A stretch of DNA of 64,000 nt from Candidatus Omnitrophota bacterium (lineage in GTDB: Bacteria; Omnitrophota; Omnitrophia; Omnitrophales; JACQLI01), in contig JACPCP010000013.1 in assembly GCA_016179745.1 (NCBI GenBank), positions 35,344 through 99,343 on the forward strand, given 5' to 3'. A program made the translations under genes and the position numbers. The notes beneath the pieces are model-generated. The model was not told where the DNA came from. It did not search any database and saw only the letters and a list, made by a program, of their open reading frames with translations. The first letter of the stretch is position 1, and each line of letters starts with the position of its first letter. Positions 24,238 through 33,856 of this stretch are shown in pieces.

Positions 24238-26168
24238 GGGCTTAAATCCTTTAAAGAGAGGTTCAAGGAAGAAACTCTTCCCTCGGGGTTCAGGTTCGTG
24301 CGGCACCAGATTTCAAACACCACCAACGCATAAAGCTGACTTCCAAAATTTTGCGCTCCCCGCCGGTGCGCCTCGAGAAGCCATCGAACATAGTCCAGAC
24401 GAAAATACCGGCGGCTCACCGGCTCGTCTTCAACCAGAATTTTTCTTGCGAAACTATAAAGTTCATTTCGAAACCAGCGTTCCAGAGGAATCGAAAAACC
24501 CTGTTTCCTCTGCCTTAAAATTCCCCGGGGAAGCAAGCCCCGCATTGCCTGTTTCAAAATATATTTTGTTGTTCTGCTTTTCATCTTGAGCGAATGAGGC
24601 ATGGAAAAGGCAAGCTCGGCCAGCTTGTGGTCAAGGAGCGGGACCCTGACCTCCAGGGAATGGGCCATGCTCATCCGGTCCACCTTGGTCAAAAGGTCGT
24701 CGGGGAGATAGATTTTGCTGTCCAGATAGAGGAACTGGTCGATGAGGGACCGGCTGCCCGACCTTTCAAAAAATGAGCGGATCAAATCCAGGCTTCCCTC
24801 CCCCCTCGATTCTTCGAGAACCGAAGGCTGAAGAAGCTCGGCCAGCATCCAGGGTTGAAAACACATGGCCCGCCGGGCATAGCTCTCTGCAGGTGATAAC
24901 GCCGCATCGTAATAAAACCTCCGAACGGCGTTCCAAAACCCTTTTTCCCTGAGCGGACGATAACCCTTCTTGAGGAAAAGCGGCGACATCCCTTTTCCAA
25001 AAAAGGGAGGGAGGCGGCGAAACCTCTCCAGCCAAATCTCCTTCTGGGTCCACAGATAACCTCCAAAGAGTTCGTCTCCTCCGTCGCCGGAAAGGGCCAC
25101 GGTCACGTCACTCCGGGCGAATCTTGAAACCAGGTAGGTCGGAATCCCCGAGGAATCAGCAAAAGGTTCGTCGAAAAGAGAAACGATTTTTGGCAAGAGC
25201 TCAAAGGCGCCGGCCTCGACCATCTCCTCATGATGTTCGGTTTCAAATCGTTTTGCCACCTTGCGGGCGTAAGGGAGTTCATTGAAACGGGAGTCAGGGA
25301 ATCCAATGGAATAAGTTTTGACCGGTTCAGAAGCCGTCCGGGACATCCAGGCTACCACGGTGCTCGAATCCATTCCTCCGCTTAAAAATGCCCCCAGCGG
25401 GACATCGCTCACCAAATGCGCCCGCACCGATTCCTCAAGCGCCTCCCGCAAAAGCTCAATCCATTCGTGTTCGCTTCGCCCTGCCTCCACCGCCCCGTTA
25501 AAGTCCCAGTAAGGACGGATCTCAAATTTTCCGTGTTGATACCGGGCCCAATGTCCCGGCGGGAGTTTTTGGATCTCCTGATAAATCGTCCGGGGAGCCG
25601 GGATGTAGAGAAAACTCAAGTAATCGTTCAGGGCCGTCAAGGAAAGTTCACGCCCGACGGCCGGACACTCCAGGAGGGCCTTGATCTCTGAAGCAAAGGC
25701 AAGCGTGCCGCCTTGGAACCAATAATGCAACGGTTTGATTCCGATGCGGTCACGGATCAAAAGAAGTTTTTGGGCCTTTTCGTCCCACAGGGCAATGGCG
25801 AACATACCTCGAAGCCGGCCGACAAAGTCCTCCCCTTCCTCTTCATAGAGGTGCACGATCACTTCTGTATCCGTCGCCGTGTGAAACCGGTGGCCTTTTG
25901 TAATGAGTTCATCCCGCAGCTCACGAAAGTTGTAGATTTCACCGTTGAAGACGGTCCAGACATCTTCTGTCTCGTTGGCAAGAGGCTGGTGACCGCCCTC
26001 CAGATCGATAATCTTGAGCCGCCGCATCGCAAGCCCCACAGGGCCCTTCAGGTAATACCCCTCGTCATCCGGTCCCCGGTGTCTCTGCGACTCGTTCATC
26101 CGCCGAAGAATCCCGGGATCCACGGCTCCCTGATTCTCAGGCTGAACGATTCCGGCTATTCCGCACAT
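24234..26168 (-). CDS. asnB: Asparagine synthase (glutamine-hydrolysing) family amidotransferase (AsnB/WbpS-like)
   Basis: MCGIAGIV (Cys2), HRGPDD, FNGEIYNFRELR, and the synthetase-domain PP-motif AFLSGGMDSS. Full length, 644 aa. Confidence 0.9.
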   Translation of the reverse strand: MCGIAGIVQPENQGAVDPGILRRMNESQRHRGPDDEGYYLKGPVGLAMRRLKIIDLEGGHQPLANETEDVWTVFNGEIYNFRELRDELITKGHRFHTATDTEVIVHLYEEEGEDFVGRLRGMFAIALWDEKAQKLLLIRDRIGIKPLHYWFQGGTLAFASEIKALLECPAVGRELSLTALNDYLSFLYIPAPRTIYQEIQKLPPGHWARYQHGKFEIRPYWDFNGAVEAGRSEHEWIELLREALEESVRAHLVSDVPLGAFLSGGMDSSTVVAWMSRTASEPVKTYSIGFPDSRFNELPYARKVAKRFETEHHEEMVEAGAFELLPKIVSLFDEPFADSSGIPTYLVSRFARSDVTVALSGDGGDELFGGYLWTQKEIWLERFRRLPPFFGKGMSPLFLKKGYRPLREKGFWNAVRRFYYDAALSPAESYARRAMCFQPWMLAELLQPSVLEESRGEGSLDLIRSFFERSGSRSLIDQFLYLDSKIYLPDDLLTKVDRMSMAHSLEVRVPLLDHKLAELAFSMPHSLKMKSRTTKYILKQAMRGLLPRGILRQRKQGFSIPLERWFRNELYSFARKILVEDEPVSRRYFRLDYVRWLLEAHRRGAQNFGSQLYALVVFEIWCRTNLNPEGRVSSLNLSLKDLSP

Positions 26169-27322
26169 ATTTCCACCATGGAATTCCTTGCCTTGTTCCG
26201 AGAAGTGATTTTCTCCTCCCTCAGGGTTCGGTAGAGCTTGTCGTAATCATCCACCATCCGCTCGATGGAAAACCGGTTCTTGATTTTTTGAAGCGCCTCT
26301 TGACCCAATCGAGAGGCTTTTTCGGGATTCCCGAGAAGGCCCAGAATCGCTTCTGCCAGGCTTTTCCCGTCCCGTGCGGGAACCAGGAGACCTTCCTTGT
26401 CTGAGGTAATCAATTCCGGGATCCCTCCCACGGCTGTTGCCACCACCGGTTTTGCCATGGCCATGGCTTCCAGCAAAACATTGGGGAAACCTTCAATGAG
26501 CGACGCCAGCACAAAAATATCGAGCCCCCTCAAGATTTCCGGAATATCCGGGCGCTGGCCGGCAAAAATGATTCTCTTCCCAACACTTCCCGCCTGAGCT
26601 TGGGCTTTAATCTCTTGCTCAAACCGGCCGGACCCGACAAATAAAAACCAGGCGTCCGGTCTCCTCTCGTGAATCCGGCGCACGGCCTCCAGCAAATAGG
26701 GGTAACCCTTTTCATAGGAAAAGTTGGCCACGGTCCCAATGAGCGGGGCTCCAATGGGGATTCGGAATTCCAGCCGGATCTTCGACTCCCTCACGGCCCC
26801 GTCAAATTGCCTCAAATCCACACCGTTGTGGAGGGTCAAAACCTTATCCGGATCAATTTGCTCATTCTGAACCGTCCACTTTTTGGCAGCCTCAGAACAG
26901 CAGACGACCCGGTCCACAAACCTGTTGCCCCAATTTTCAAGCCATCGGTGCCTCCTTTTCTTCCACTGAGCCAGTTCCCTCCTGGAAGAAATTAAAATGG
27001 GGACCTTCAGGACCCGGGCAGGCAGCCCCACGAAGAAGTGAAAACCGAAAAGATAGGTGTGAAGGACGTCGGGCCGGGCACTCCGGATCCATCGAGAGAT
27101 TCGGAAAAAAGTTGCGGGACCCCAGCCTGATTTCTGCCTCAGGCAAACAAACGGCAATCCGTTCTCTCGAATCGAGTCTGCCAACGCCCCTTCTTCAAAA
27201 AGGGTGACAATCCCCGTGTCAAATCCCCTTTCCCGAAGACCGGATGCCAGAGAAATCACATGCTTCTCCGCCCCTCCCAAATTCATCGTGGGAAAAACAT
27301 ACCGGATGACCGGCTGGTTCAT
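26156..27322 (-). CDS. GT4 (GT-B) glycosyltransferase
   Basis: FVLASLIEGFPNVLLEAMAMAKPVVATAVGGIPELITSDKEGLLV. ATGA junction with the upstream gene at 27319..27322. Confidence 0.85.
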   Translation of the reverse strand: MNQPVIRYVFPTMNLGGAEKHVISLASGLRERGFDTGIVTLFEEGALADSIRENGLPFVCLRQKSGWGPATFFRISRWIRSARPDVLHTYLFGFHFFVGLPARVLKVPILISSRRELAQWKKRRHRWLENWGNRFVDRVVCCSEAAKKWTVQNEQIDPDKVLTLHNGVDLRQFDGAVRESKIRLEFRIPIGAPLIGTVANFSYEKGYPYLLEAVRRIHERRPDAWFLFVGSGRFEQEIKAQAQAGSVGKRIIFAGQRPDIPEILRGLDIFVLASLIEGFPNVLLEAMAMAKPVVATAVGGIPELITSDKEGLLVPARDGKSLAEAILGLLGNPEKASRLGQEALQKIKNRFSIERMVDDYDKLYRTLREEKITSRNKARNSMVEICAE

Positions 27323-28362
27323 GAGCGGGCCGCTTCCTTCAGAATCTGGGCCAGTGAAACCGCCGTCTTCTTCAACGAAAAATCCCGCACGACCTTTTCC
27401 CGGGCCGCCTGGCCCATTCGTTTTCTCAAGCCGGGGTCCTCAATCAAACGGGAAAGCTTGGCGGCCCATTCATCCGTTCCCTGGGCCAGGAAACCATCCA
27501 CGCCCTCCTCGACGACTTCGCAATTCATGCCGGCACGAGACGAAACCGTGGCGAGGCCTGCGGCCATGTATTGAAGGAGTTTCAGGCTGCATTTCCCACG
27601 TTCCCAGGGTGCGTCGAAAAGGGGGTTGATGGCAATATCGAACTGATTCATGTCCTTCGACTCATTCTTAAGCTCCCAATTCACCGTCTCGACTTTTACG
27701 CCGTCAAGGGCGTAGGGCGGCCCCGTCAAAAGGGTCACCAACCGGAGCTGCACACGATACCGGTCAGAAATTTTCTGCAGGGCCTCTTTCACAAGTGAGA
27801 AATACTCCAGGCCGGCGCCCGTTCCAAGCCAACCGATCACGATCTCCTCATTTGAATCCCGCATCCGGCGTTCGTCCGGAAAAATGCGATCGGTGTCCAC
27901 GGGTGTCGGCACGACGTAGACCCGGCGATTGTATTGCAATGCCAGATTTTTGAGGTAACTATTGCCGGCGATCACGGCCAGGCTTTTTCGGGAAAGCTCC
28001 AGCAGGCGGTCAAGACCGGCAAAATTCACCAGCGAAATTCCTTTCTGGACGAAAACCAGGTCCCGTCCCCTGCTCTTCAAAATCCTCTCAAGGGCCCTCA
28101 GGAATTCAGTGCTGTATTGTAAGAGGCCCATCCATTTCGACTTTGAATAATAGGCCCGGGAAAAAAAGGGTTCGGTCAGGGCCGGCATGACTTCGGCTTC
28201 GATCCCCTGAGCCGCCAAAGAAGGAAGATATTGATAAACCCGGAGCCGGCTCGAAGGCAGGGTCTCCGGATAAAGCGTTAAAAAGAGAACCCGTAAACGG
28301 GACGGGCTATCGTCCAACCGGGGCAGCGCCTGCAGATGAGAACCTGGCAGAAAATTCGGCAA
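27319..28362 (-). CDS. GT-B fold glycosyltransferase (GT1/GT4-like)
   Basis: C-terminal KLLQYMAAGLATVSSRAGMNCEVVEEGVDGFLA. N-terminal RVLFLTLYPE..SSRLRVYQY. Start uncertain: ATG 28362 overlaps the upstream gene by 56 nt; TTG 28317 is an alternative. Confidence 0.7.
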   Translation of the reverse strand: MPNFLPGSHLQALPRLDDSPSRLRVLFLTLYPETLPSSRLRVYQYLPSLAAQGIEAEVMPALTEPFFSRAYYSKSKWMGLLQYSTEFLRALERILKSRGRDLVFVQKGISLVNFAGLDRLLELSRKSLAVIAGNSYLKNLALQYNRRVYVVPTPVDTDRIFPDERRMRDSNEEIVIGWLGTGAGLEYFSLVKEALQKISDRYRVQLRLVTLLTGPPYALDGVKVETVNWELKNESKDMNQFDIAINPLFDAPWERGKCSLKLLQYMAAGLATVSSRAGMNCEVVEEGVDGFLAQGTDEWAAKLSRLIEDPGLRKRMGQAAREKVVRDFSLKKTAVSLAQILKEAARS

Positions 28363-29302
28363 TCACCATTCTCAGGATTTCTTCCAGTCCGACCGTCGGC
28401 TTGAAACCCACCAGATTGAAAGCCTTGGCAGTGTCCGGGACCCGCCTTTCCATGTCTTCGAAGCCCTCTTCATAGGCCTCATTATATGGAATATGGACGA
28501 TCTGGGAGGAGCTCCGGGTCAGACGGATGATCTTTTCCGCAAGCTGGTTGATCGAAATCTCAGTTTGATTGCCCAAATTAAATACGTTCCCCACCGCCTG
28601 CGGGTGTTCCATCAGACGGATCATGCCGTCCACGGCGTCCTTGACATAAAGAAAGCAGCGGCGCTGTTCACCCGTGCCGAAGACGGTCACATTTTCGCCC
28701 TTCAGGGCCTGCTCCACAAAGCGGGGAATCACCATTCCGTAATAGCCGGTCTGACGGGGTCCGACCGTGTTAAACAAGCGGACAATCACCGTCGGCACCT
28801 TCTTCTCTTTCCAGTAGACATAGGCAAGGATCTCATCGACGGCCTTCGAGGTGGAGTAACTCCACCGGGACTTTAGGGGAGACCCCAGAATGCGGTCGTC
28901 CTCCTCCTTCAAGGCGCTGCTCGTATTTTTGCCGTAAATTTCGGAGGTGGAGGTAATCAGGATCTTGCGGTGATAACGGTAAACGGCTTCGAGGACGGTC
29001 TCGCTCCCCCGGATATTGGTCGTAAGGGACCGAAGGGGATCCTTGACGATCAACTCGACCCCCACCGCAGCGGCGAGGTGGAAAACCAGATCGGCCCGCT
29101 CAACGAGCTTGTCGACAAGGAACTCATTGAGGATATCACCCACCACGATATGGAAGCGGGGGTGGGTCTGGAGGTGGGCGACATTCTCAAGCCGCCCTGT
29201 GGAAAGATTATCGAGGATCGTAACGTCCCAATCTTTTGCCAAAAGAGCCTCTGAAAGATGACTCCCGATAAAACCGCCTCCTCCCGTAATGAGAATTTTC
29301 AT
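28307..29302 (-). CDS. NAD-dependent epimerase/dehydratase (extended SDR; UXS/ArnA-C-like)
   Basis: MKILITGGGGFIGSHL Rossmann motif, STSEIYG, YSTSK (YxxxK). First gene after the 318-nt divergent intergenic region. Confidence 0.85.
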   Translation of the reverse strand: MKILITGGGGFIGSHLSEALLAKDWDVTILDNLSTGRLENVAHLQTHPRFHIVVGDILNEFLVDKLVERADLVFHLAAAVGVELIVKDPLRSLTTNIRGSETVLEAVYRYHRKILITSTSEIYGKNTSSALKEEDDRILGSPLKSRWSYSTSKAVDEILAYVYWKEKKVPTVIVRLFNTVGPRQTGYYGMVIPRFVEQALKGENVTVFGTGEQRRCFLYVKDAVDGMIRLMEHPQAVGNVFNLGNQTEISINQLAEKIIRLTRSSSQIVHIPYNEAYEEGFEDMERRVPDTAKAFNLVGFKPTVGLEEILRMVIAEFSARFSSAGAAPVGR

Positions 29303-29373
29303 GGGTTTCCCATTTCAAGGTATCGTCATACAGATTCTAAGGTTACGATCTCATTCATGCGATTAGGAGCTAA

Positions 29374-29382
29374 ATTATAGCA
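29374..29382 (-). promoter_or_regulatory. Candidate extended -10 promoter (TGCTATAAT) for the minus-strand operon starting at 29302
   Basis: The minus strand reads TGCTATAAT at 29382..29374, about 72 nt upstream of ATG 29302. No good -35 at 17-18 nt, hence the extended -10 interpretation. The region is AT-rich. Confidence 0.35.
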
Positions 29383-29440
29383 GAGATTGTTGAAAATTAA
29401 GGGAAATTTTGGATAAACGGCGTCAATCACAAATCAAGTC

Positions 29441-29469
29441 TTGACCCCCTTTTTTACACTCTTTATGCT
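29441..29469 (+). promoter_or_regulatory. Candidate sigma70-type promoter TTGACC-17 nt-TATGCT for the plus-strand gene at 29621
   Basis: TTGACC at 29441..29446, a 17-nt spacer, then TATGCT at 29464..29469. About 150 nt upstream of the TTG start at 29621. Confidence 0.35.
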
Positions 29470-29620
29470 ACAACGTTCTCCAAAACTCCAGGCCGGCAGA
29501 AGGAATGAAACACAGCACCCTTTTCTTGACCCAAATCTGTCTTTTGGGATTTACGCATTTTAAACGCCGTCGGCTTTTTCTCCGAAGGCATTCCACCCTC
29601 GTTTCCAAGCAAAGCACCAA

Positions 29621-31240
29621 TTGAAAAAATCATTCCTCTTCCTGGCAATCGGAATCATCACGGTCTTTTCCATCGTCGCATTTCACGGTTTGGAGGAACA
29701 GGGGCTTTTGTTCCATGATTCGGGCATGAATCTTTTAGAAGCTAAATTTATCAGTGAAAGTGTTCAGATTCTCCCCCGCCTCAGAGAATTAAAGGACAAA
29801 AAAACAGACGTTTGGGACCACCTAAAATCTCACACGCAGGGCGTGCCTCTTCACACCGGCAAGGCAGGCTATAGTTTCGTTCTGTCGCTGGCCAGCTTGA
29901 TCCAAGGATACCCTGACAGCCTGGCGGCCAAAGTCAATGCCACGGCGGGAATCCTGGGACTGATTTTGGTTTTCTTCATCGCTCGAAATATCAGCAATCC
30001 TTTAGCGGGGTTGTATTCGGTGGCAGCGCTGGCCTCTTCGACCTTTTATCTCCTCTATTGCCGGGCGGGTTTGTCTGACCAAGTGTTCTCCGTTTTCTTC
30101 TTACTGGGGATTTTCTTATACACCCGTTTTTGGGCTTGCTCAACCGCCGCCCGGTTCTGGATCGGCGTGGCCTTTGGTTATGGCTTTACCTGCGCCCAGT
30201 GGCGGGGTATTTATCCGGCCGTTCTGCTCTCGACCCTGGAGATAATCATTTCCCGGTTGAAGCACTGGAAATTAAAACTGCTGGTTGAACGAATCGGGCT
30301 TGTGGCGGCTGGTTTCCTGACACCGATCATTCTGTTTCAAATTCCCTACGTCGTCGTCCGAATGACAGCGGGACCGCTCCCCTTTCGTGACTACTGGTCT
30401 CAGCTAGGAGAGCGATCTCTCGAGCGCTTAAACCTTATTTGGTTTCGTGACGTGGGTGAGATGACCCGGCAATATTGGCTGGTCAACGGCCCGGTTTTTC
30501 CCATCTTGGTCGGTCTGGCGTGGCTATTTCTCCTTGGGCGATTTTTCCGCAAACGTCGTCCAGAAGATCTTGTGCTCCTCTTTTTCTCGTGGGTCCCCTT
30601 CCTCTATTTTTCATGCATGAAATACGGAGGTATCGCCCTTCCACGCACGACGGCTATCTTAATTCCGGTTGCTGCTCTCTGTGTGGGTCAGTTACTTTCG
30701 AGTCTGCACCGAAAATTGCTAGCTCGATGGCGCTTGTTTTCGAAATACTCATTCTTAGTGGCCTTTCTTGCCGTCTTCATCCTGTTTCTCCAGGCCTTGC
30801 CACGTCATTTCCATACCGGCATGACCCGTTCGGGTTATCCAGCGGCGGCTCAATACATTTCTCAGACCGGAAAGGAAAAATTCCTGGTTTTGGAAACCGA
30901 ACCCGTGTGGCGATTTTACTTGGGCCGGGTGAACTATTTTCAGCCTCAGGGTTTTCAGGAGCTCATTGAAAAAGCGGAACCCCTGGGAATCGAATATCTG
31001 GTCGTGGACCATTGCACACTTTATTCAAAATACGGAATGACTTTCACAAAATCCCTCATCGGTAAGCTTGCCCCCGTCGCTGTTTTCCAAAATCCCGTCG
31101 GGCATTCCTTTGCCTACCTTCTCGATCTTTACGGCCTTGAGAAATCGCTTCGGATGGCCCGGGATCCGGACACTGAAAAAATCTATCTCTTTAGGATTCG
31201 GGATATTGCAAGTGCCCTCGACCGGGGTCTGATCGGCTAA
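29621..31240 (+). CDS. Polytopic membrane protein, GT-C-like (GT39/ArnT-type) candidate glycosyltransferase
   Basis: TTG start. 539 aa with about 11 TM segments, first loop GLLFHDSGMNLLEAKF, and a C-terminal ~130-aa soluble domain. One of only two plus-strand genes. Confidence 0.6.
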   Translation: MKKSFLFLAIGIITVFSIVAFHGLEEQGLLFHDSGMNLLEAKFISESVQILPRLRELKDKKTDVWDHLKSHTQGVPLHTGKAGYSFVLSLASLIQGYPDSLAAKVNATAGILGLILVFFIARNISNPLAGLYSVAALASSTFYLLYCRAGLSDQVFSVFFLLGIFLYTRFWACSTAARFWIGVAFGYGFTCAQWRGIYPAVLLSTLEIIISRLKHWKLKLLVERIGLVAAGFLTPIILFQIPYVVVRMTAGPLPFRDYWSQLGERSLERLNLIWFRDVGEMTRQYWLVNGPVFPILVGLAWLFLLGRFFRKRRPEDLVLLFFSWVPFLYFSCMKYGGIALPRTTAILIPVAALCVGQLLSSLHRKLLARWRLFSKYSFLVAFLAVFILFLQALPRHFHTGMTRSGYPAAAQYISQTGKEKFLVLETEPVWRFYLGRVNYFQPQGFQELIEKAEPLGIEYLVVDHCTLYSKYGMTFTKSLIGKLAPVAVFQNPVGHSFAYLLDLYGLEKSLRMARDPDTEKIYLFRIRDIASALDRGLIG

Positions 31241-31255
31241 ATCAATCGTGTGGTC

Positions 31256-32200
31256 TTATCGGTCAGAAAGCAGAGTCAACCAGCCGCTCTCTTTCAGAAT
31301 AAAGCCGTATTTTTTCTCCCAGTCCCCTGCTTTTCCAAAATAAAAACTCGAAAGATAATCAAAGACGCCTAGGAGGACCAGGGGCGCAACCCATTCCTGG
31401 GGAACCGAACGCTCTCCGGCAAGGCGGAGGAGCCCTTGAAAGAAAACCCTGCACCTCTCAGAACGGCCTGAAAATAAATCAGGCACGGAATCGAAATTGC
31501 AGGCAAAGCGGACCCAATCCGTGAGCGGCCAGCCGTAATGGGCATTTCCCCAGTCAACCACACGGACCTCGCCATTTGAAAAGAGGAGGTTTGTTGGTGC
31601 AAGGTCCCGATGCGTGACAAGCGTTGGAATCCTGGCGTCTACGTCAGGATCGTCAAATTTTTGTGTCCGATCAACGATGTCAATAATCGCCCCGTCGATC
31701 CCGTGACGAACAGCCAGTTTCTTGATCCTCTCCCGGGCTTCGACAAAGCGGGATATTTTCTTCTTGCCGGACGGGACGGGAATGCTCCCAAGTTCACTGA
31801 TCCAGGAGAGGACCTTTTCGAAATCCGGTCTTTTTTCCTTCCGGCCCTCAAGAAAACCCAGGGCCAGCACGGCGGCCCCCTCCATTTCCTGAAGCTTGAG
31901 AGGGGCCGGAATCGTCTGCGAAAACGAAGGAGAGCCGGTTCGGTAAACATGAGAAAGGATTTCAAATTCCCGAGCCAGGCTTTCACGGGCCCCTTCCCTT
32001 CCCACTTTCAAGACACCCGCCGGCCTTTTTCCTCCTTTTTCAAGGACAAGGACGGTTGTGACTTCAAGGCCGGGGCGGAATGAGAAAAAGGGCGATGAGG
32101 AGAGCTTGAAAACCTCCCGGGAAATTTCCTCGAGCCTGCCTTCCGGAAGACCTGCCCGGGTGCTTCGAGGCCCCAACAGGCGGACGAGATGTGCTAACAT
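31256..32200 (-). CDS. Aminoglycoside/choline-kinase-like (APH/ChoK fold) phosphotransferase
   Basis: Brenner motif VTHRDLAPTNLL followed by VRVVDWGNA (metal-binding Asp). Confidence 0.7.
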   Translation of the reverse strand: MLAHLVRLLGPRSTRAGLPEGRLEEISREVFKLSSSPFFSFRPGLEVTTVLVLEKGGKRPAGVLKVGREGARESLAREFEILSHVYRTGSPSFSQTIPAPLKLQEMEGAAVLALGFLEGRKEKRPDFEKVLSWISELGSIPVPSGKKKISRFVEARERIKKLAVRHGIDGAIIDIVDRTQKFDDPDVDARIPTLVTHRDLAPTNLLFSNGEVRVVDWGNAHYGWPLTDWVRFACNFDSVPDLFSGRSERCRVFFQGLLRLAGERSVPQEWVAPLVLLGVFDYLSSFYFGKAGDWEKKYGFILKESGWLTLLSDR

Positions 32201-32209
32201 ACCTCTCCG

Positions 32210-33856
32210 ATGCGGACCGATTTGGCTGTCATTCTTTCCTTCTCGCTTCTCGCAGGGACGAATTTCCTGCTTTTCAACGCCTACCCTGTCTTTTCACCCG
32301 AGACCGCACTTTTCATCCTGCTCCTGGCAATGCTTCTTTTTCCCTTTTGGGCCGTCTTCCGAAAAATGGGCCAAGCCTGGATTTTTCATGGCCTCCTTGC
32401 CGCCCTTTTCTTTGATTTAAGCATCGGGTTCGCTGACCCAATCACGTTTCTTCCCCGATTTCCCATTCCCTTTGTCCAATCATTTCTACAAAAAGCCGGG
32501 GCGGCCCTTCCCCCTGCCCCCTGGGGACCCGTGATCACCCTCCTCCTCACCGATGGGGTCTTTACGCTTCCCCTTCTTGTCTTGGCCGGCCTTCTCAGAA
32601 GGAAGATCGCACGCATTCTTCTCGTGGGATTTTCCGTTATGTTTATCACAACCGTCGTAAAATTCCTACTGCTTCCCGAACCGCTCATCCGGGTGGACCG
32701 GAATGAAAATCAGGCCTCCCGGGCCCCGTCCAAACCGCCGGTCGTCATCCTGATCCTCGACGAACACGTGGGTATCGAAGGAATCCCGCTCATCAGCGAT
32801 CAGGCAAAAGTCCTTAAAGAAACCCTGATCGCTGATTACGTCCGCAATGGTTTCAGGTTATACGGCCGCTCCTACACCAATTATTTCCAAACCCATTATT
32901 CCATCCCGAGCCTCCTTAACCACTTTATTTGGAGAGACGGCATGACGCACCCGCCGGCGTCAAACCGGCTCCTTGAAAAGTTTCACGAAGAAGGTTACGC
33001 CCTGAACCTCTACCAAAGCAGTTATGTGGAATTTTGCAAGCCGCTCAAGCCGCTTTACCGGCAGTGTTATCAATACAAGCACAACTCCGTCGGTTTCCTG
33101 AAATCGGCCGATCTGCCGTTTTACGAAAAGGCACTGGTCATGCTCTCGGCCTTTATGGAAGCCCATCAAAGTGTGGTGCTTGAAAAAATCTTCTGGGCCG
33201 CCTCTTCCCGCTGGAAAATGATCCCCTGGGGCCATGTGGAGCCCTTCCCGGTCTTTGGAGTTTTGGAAAGGGTCCAGAAGGACCTTTCTCAAGAAAAGGG
33301 AGGAGCCGTCTTCTTCGCCCACCTCCTCCTCCCTCACAGTCCCCATGTCTTCGATCCGGAGTGCCGGGTCAAGCCCGTCGGAAAATGGAACCAACGTTAC
33401 CTTTCAGGAAAGGGAGATTTGGAACCGCTTCGCAAGGAGAAACAGGCGGATTATCTGGAGCAGATGGCGTGCACCCACAAGAAGCTGGCTGAATTCTTTG
33501 AAGGGATGAAGCGGGAGGGAATTTTTGAAAATGCCGTGATTCTCATTTTTGGTGACCACGGCTCAAGAATTTACACCCAGATGCTCTACGAAGAGCAAAA
33601 AGAACGGCTCGTGACCCTCAATGACGTAACCGCCCGTGACCTGGTGGAACTTTTTTCAAATTTTTTGGCCGTCAAAAAACCGGGTTGGGCCGCCGGCTAC
33701 GTTCAAGAGAAGATTCCCGCCGCCACGGTCCTCTTCGAAGCAGTCCCTTTCACCCCGCTTGAGGCAACCCCGCCCGAAAAATTCCATAAGATTTATCTCG
33801 CCTCCCAAGACCAGCGGGCCCGGAAATACTATCCCTACGAAATGATCGATTTCTAG
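32210..33856 (+). CDS. Membrane-anchored alkaline-phosphatase-superfamily transferase (sulfatase/LtaS/phosphoethanolamine-transferase-like)
   Basis: N-terminal ~150 aa with several TM segments, then VVILILDEHVG, FAHLLLPHSPHVF and LIFGDHGSR (metal and nucleophile-site type motifs). No SD is visible before ATG 32210, so the start is uncertain. Confidence 0.7.
   Translation: MRTDLAVILSFSLLAGTNFLLFNAYPVFSPETALFILLLAMLLFPFWAVFRKMGQAWIFHGLLAALFFDLSIGFADPITFLPRFPIPFVQSFLQKAGAALPPAPWGPVITLLLTDGVFTLPLLVLAGLLRRKIARILLVGFSVMFITTVVKFLLLPEPLIRVDRNENQASRAPSKPPVVILILDEHVGIEGIPLISDQAKVLKETLIADYVRNGFRLYGRSYTNYFQTHYSIPSLLNHFIWRDGMTHPPASNRLLEKFHEEGYALNLYQSSYVEFCKPLKPLYRQCYQYKHNSVGFLKSADLPFYEKALVMLSAFMEAHQSVVLEKIFWAASSRWKMIPWGHVEPFPVFGVLERVQKDLSQEKGGAVFFAHLLLPHSPHVFDPECRVKPVGKWNQRYLSGKGDLEPLRKEKQADYLEQMACTHKKLAEFFEGMKREGIFENAVILIFGDHGSRIYTQMLYEEQKERLVTLNDVTARDLVELFSNFLAVKKPGWAAGYVQEKIPAATVLFEAVPFTPLEATPPEKFHKIYLASQDQRARKYYPYEMIDF

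Noticed and set aside
29463-29648. A 61-aa minus-strand ORF inside the divergent intergenic region.
   Set aside because: It has no SD, overlaps the start of the plus-strand gene, has low-complexity composition, and is located where promoters are expected.
29303-33856. The strand-switch island as a mobile genetic element.
   Set aside because: I found no integrase, transposase or recombinase, no flanking direct or inverted repeats, and no tRNA. The gene content is coherent with the surrounding glycan pathway.
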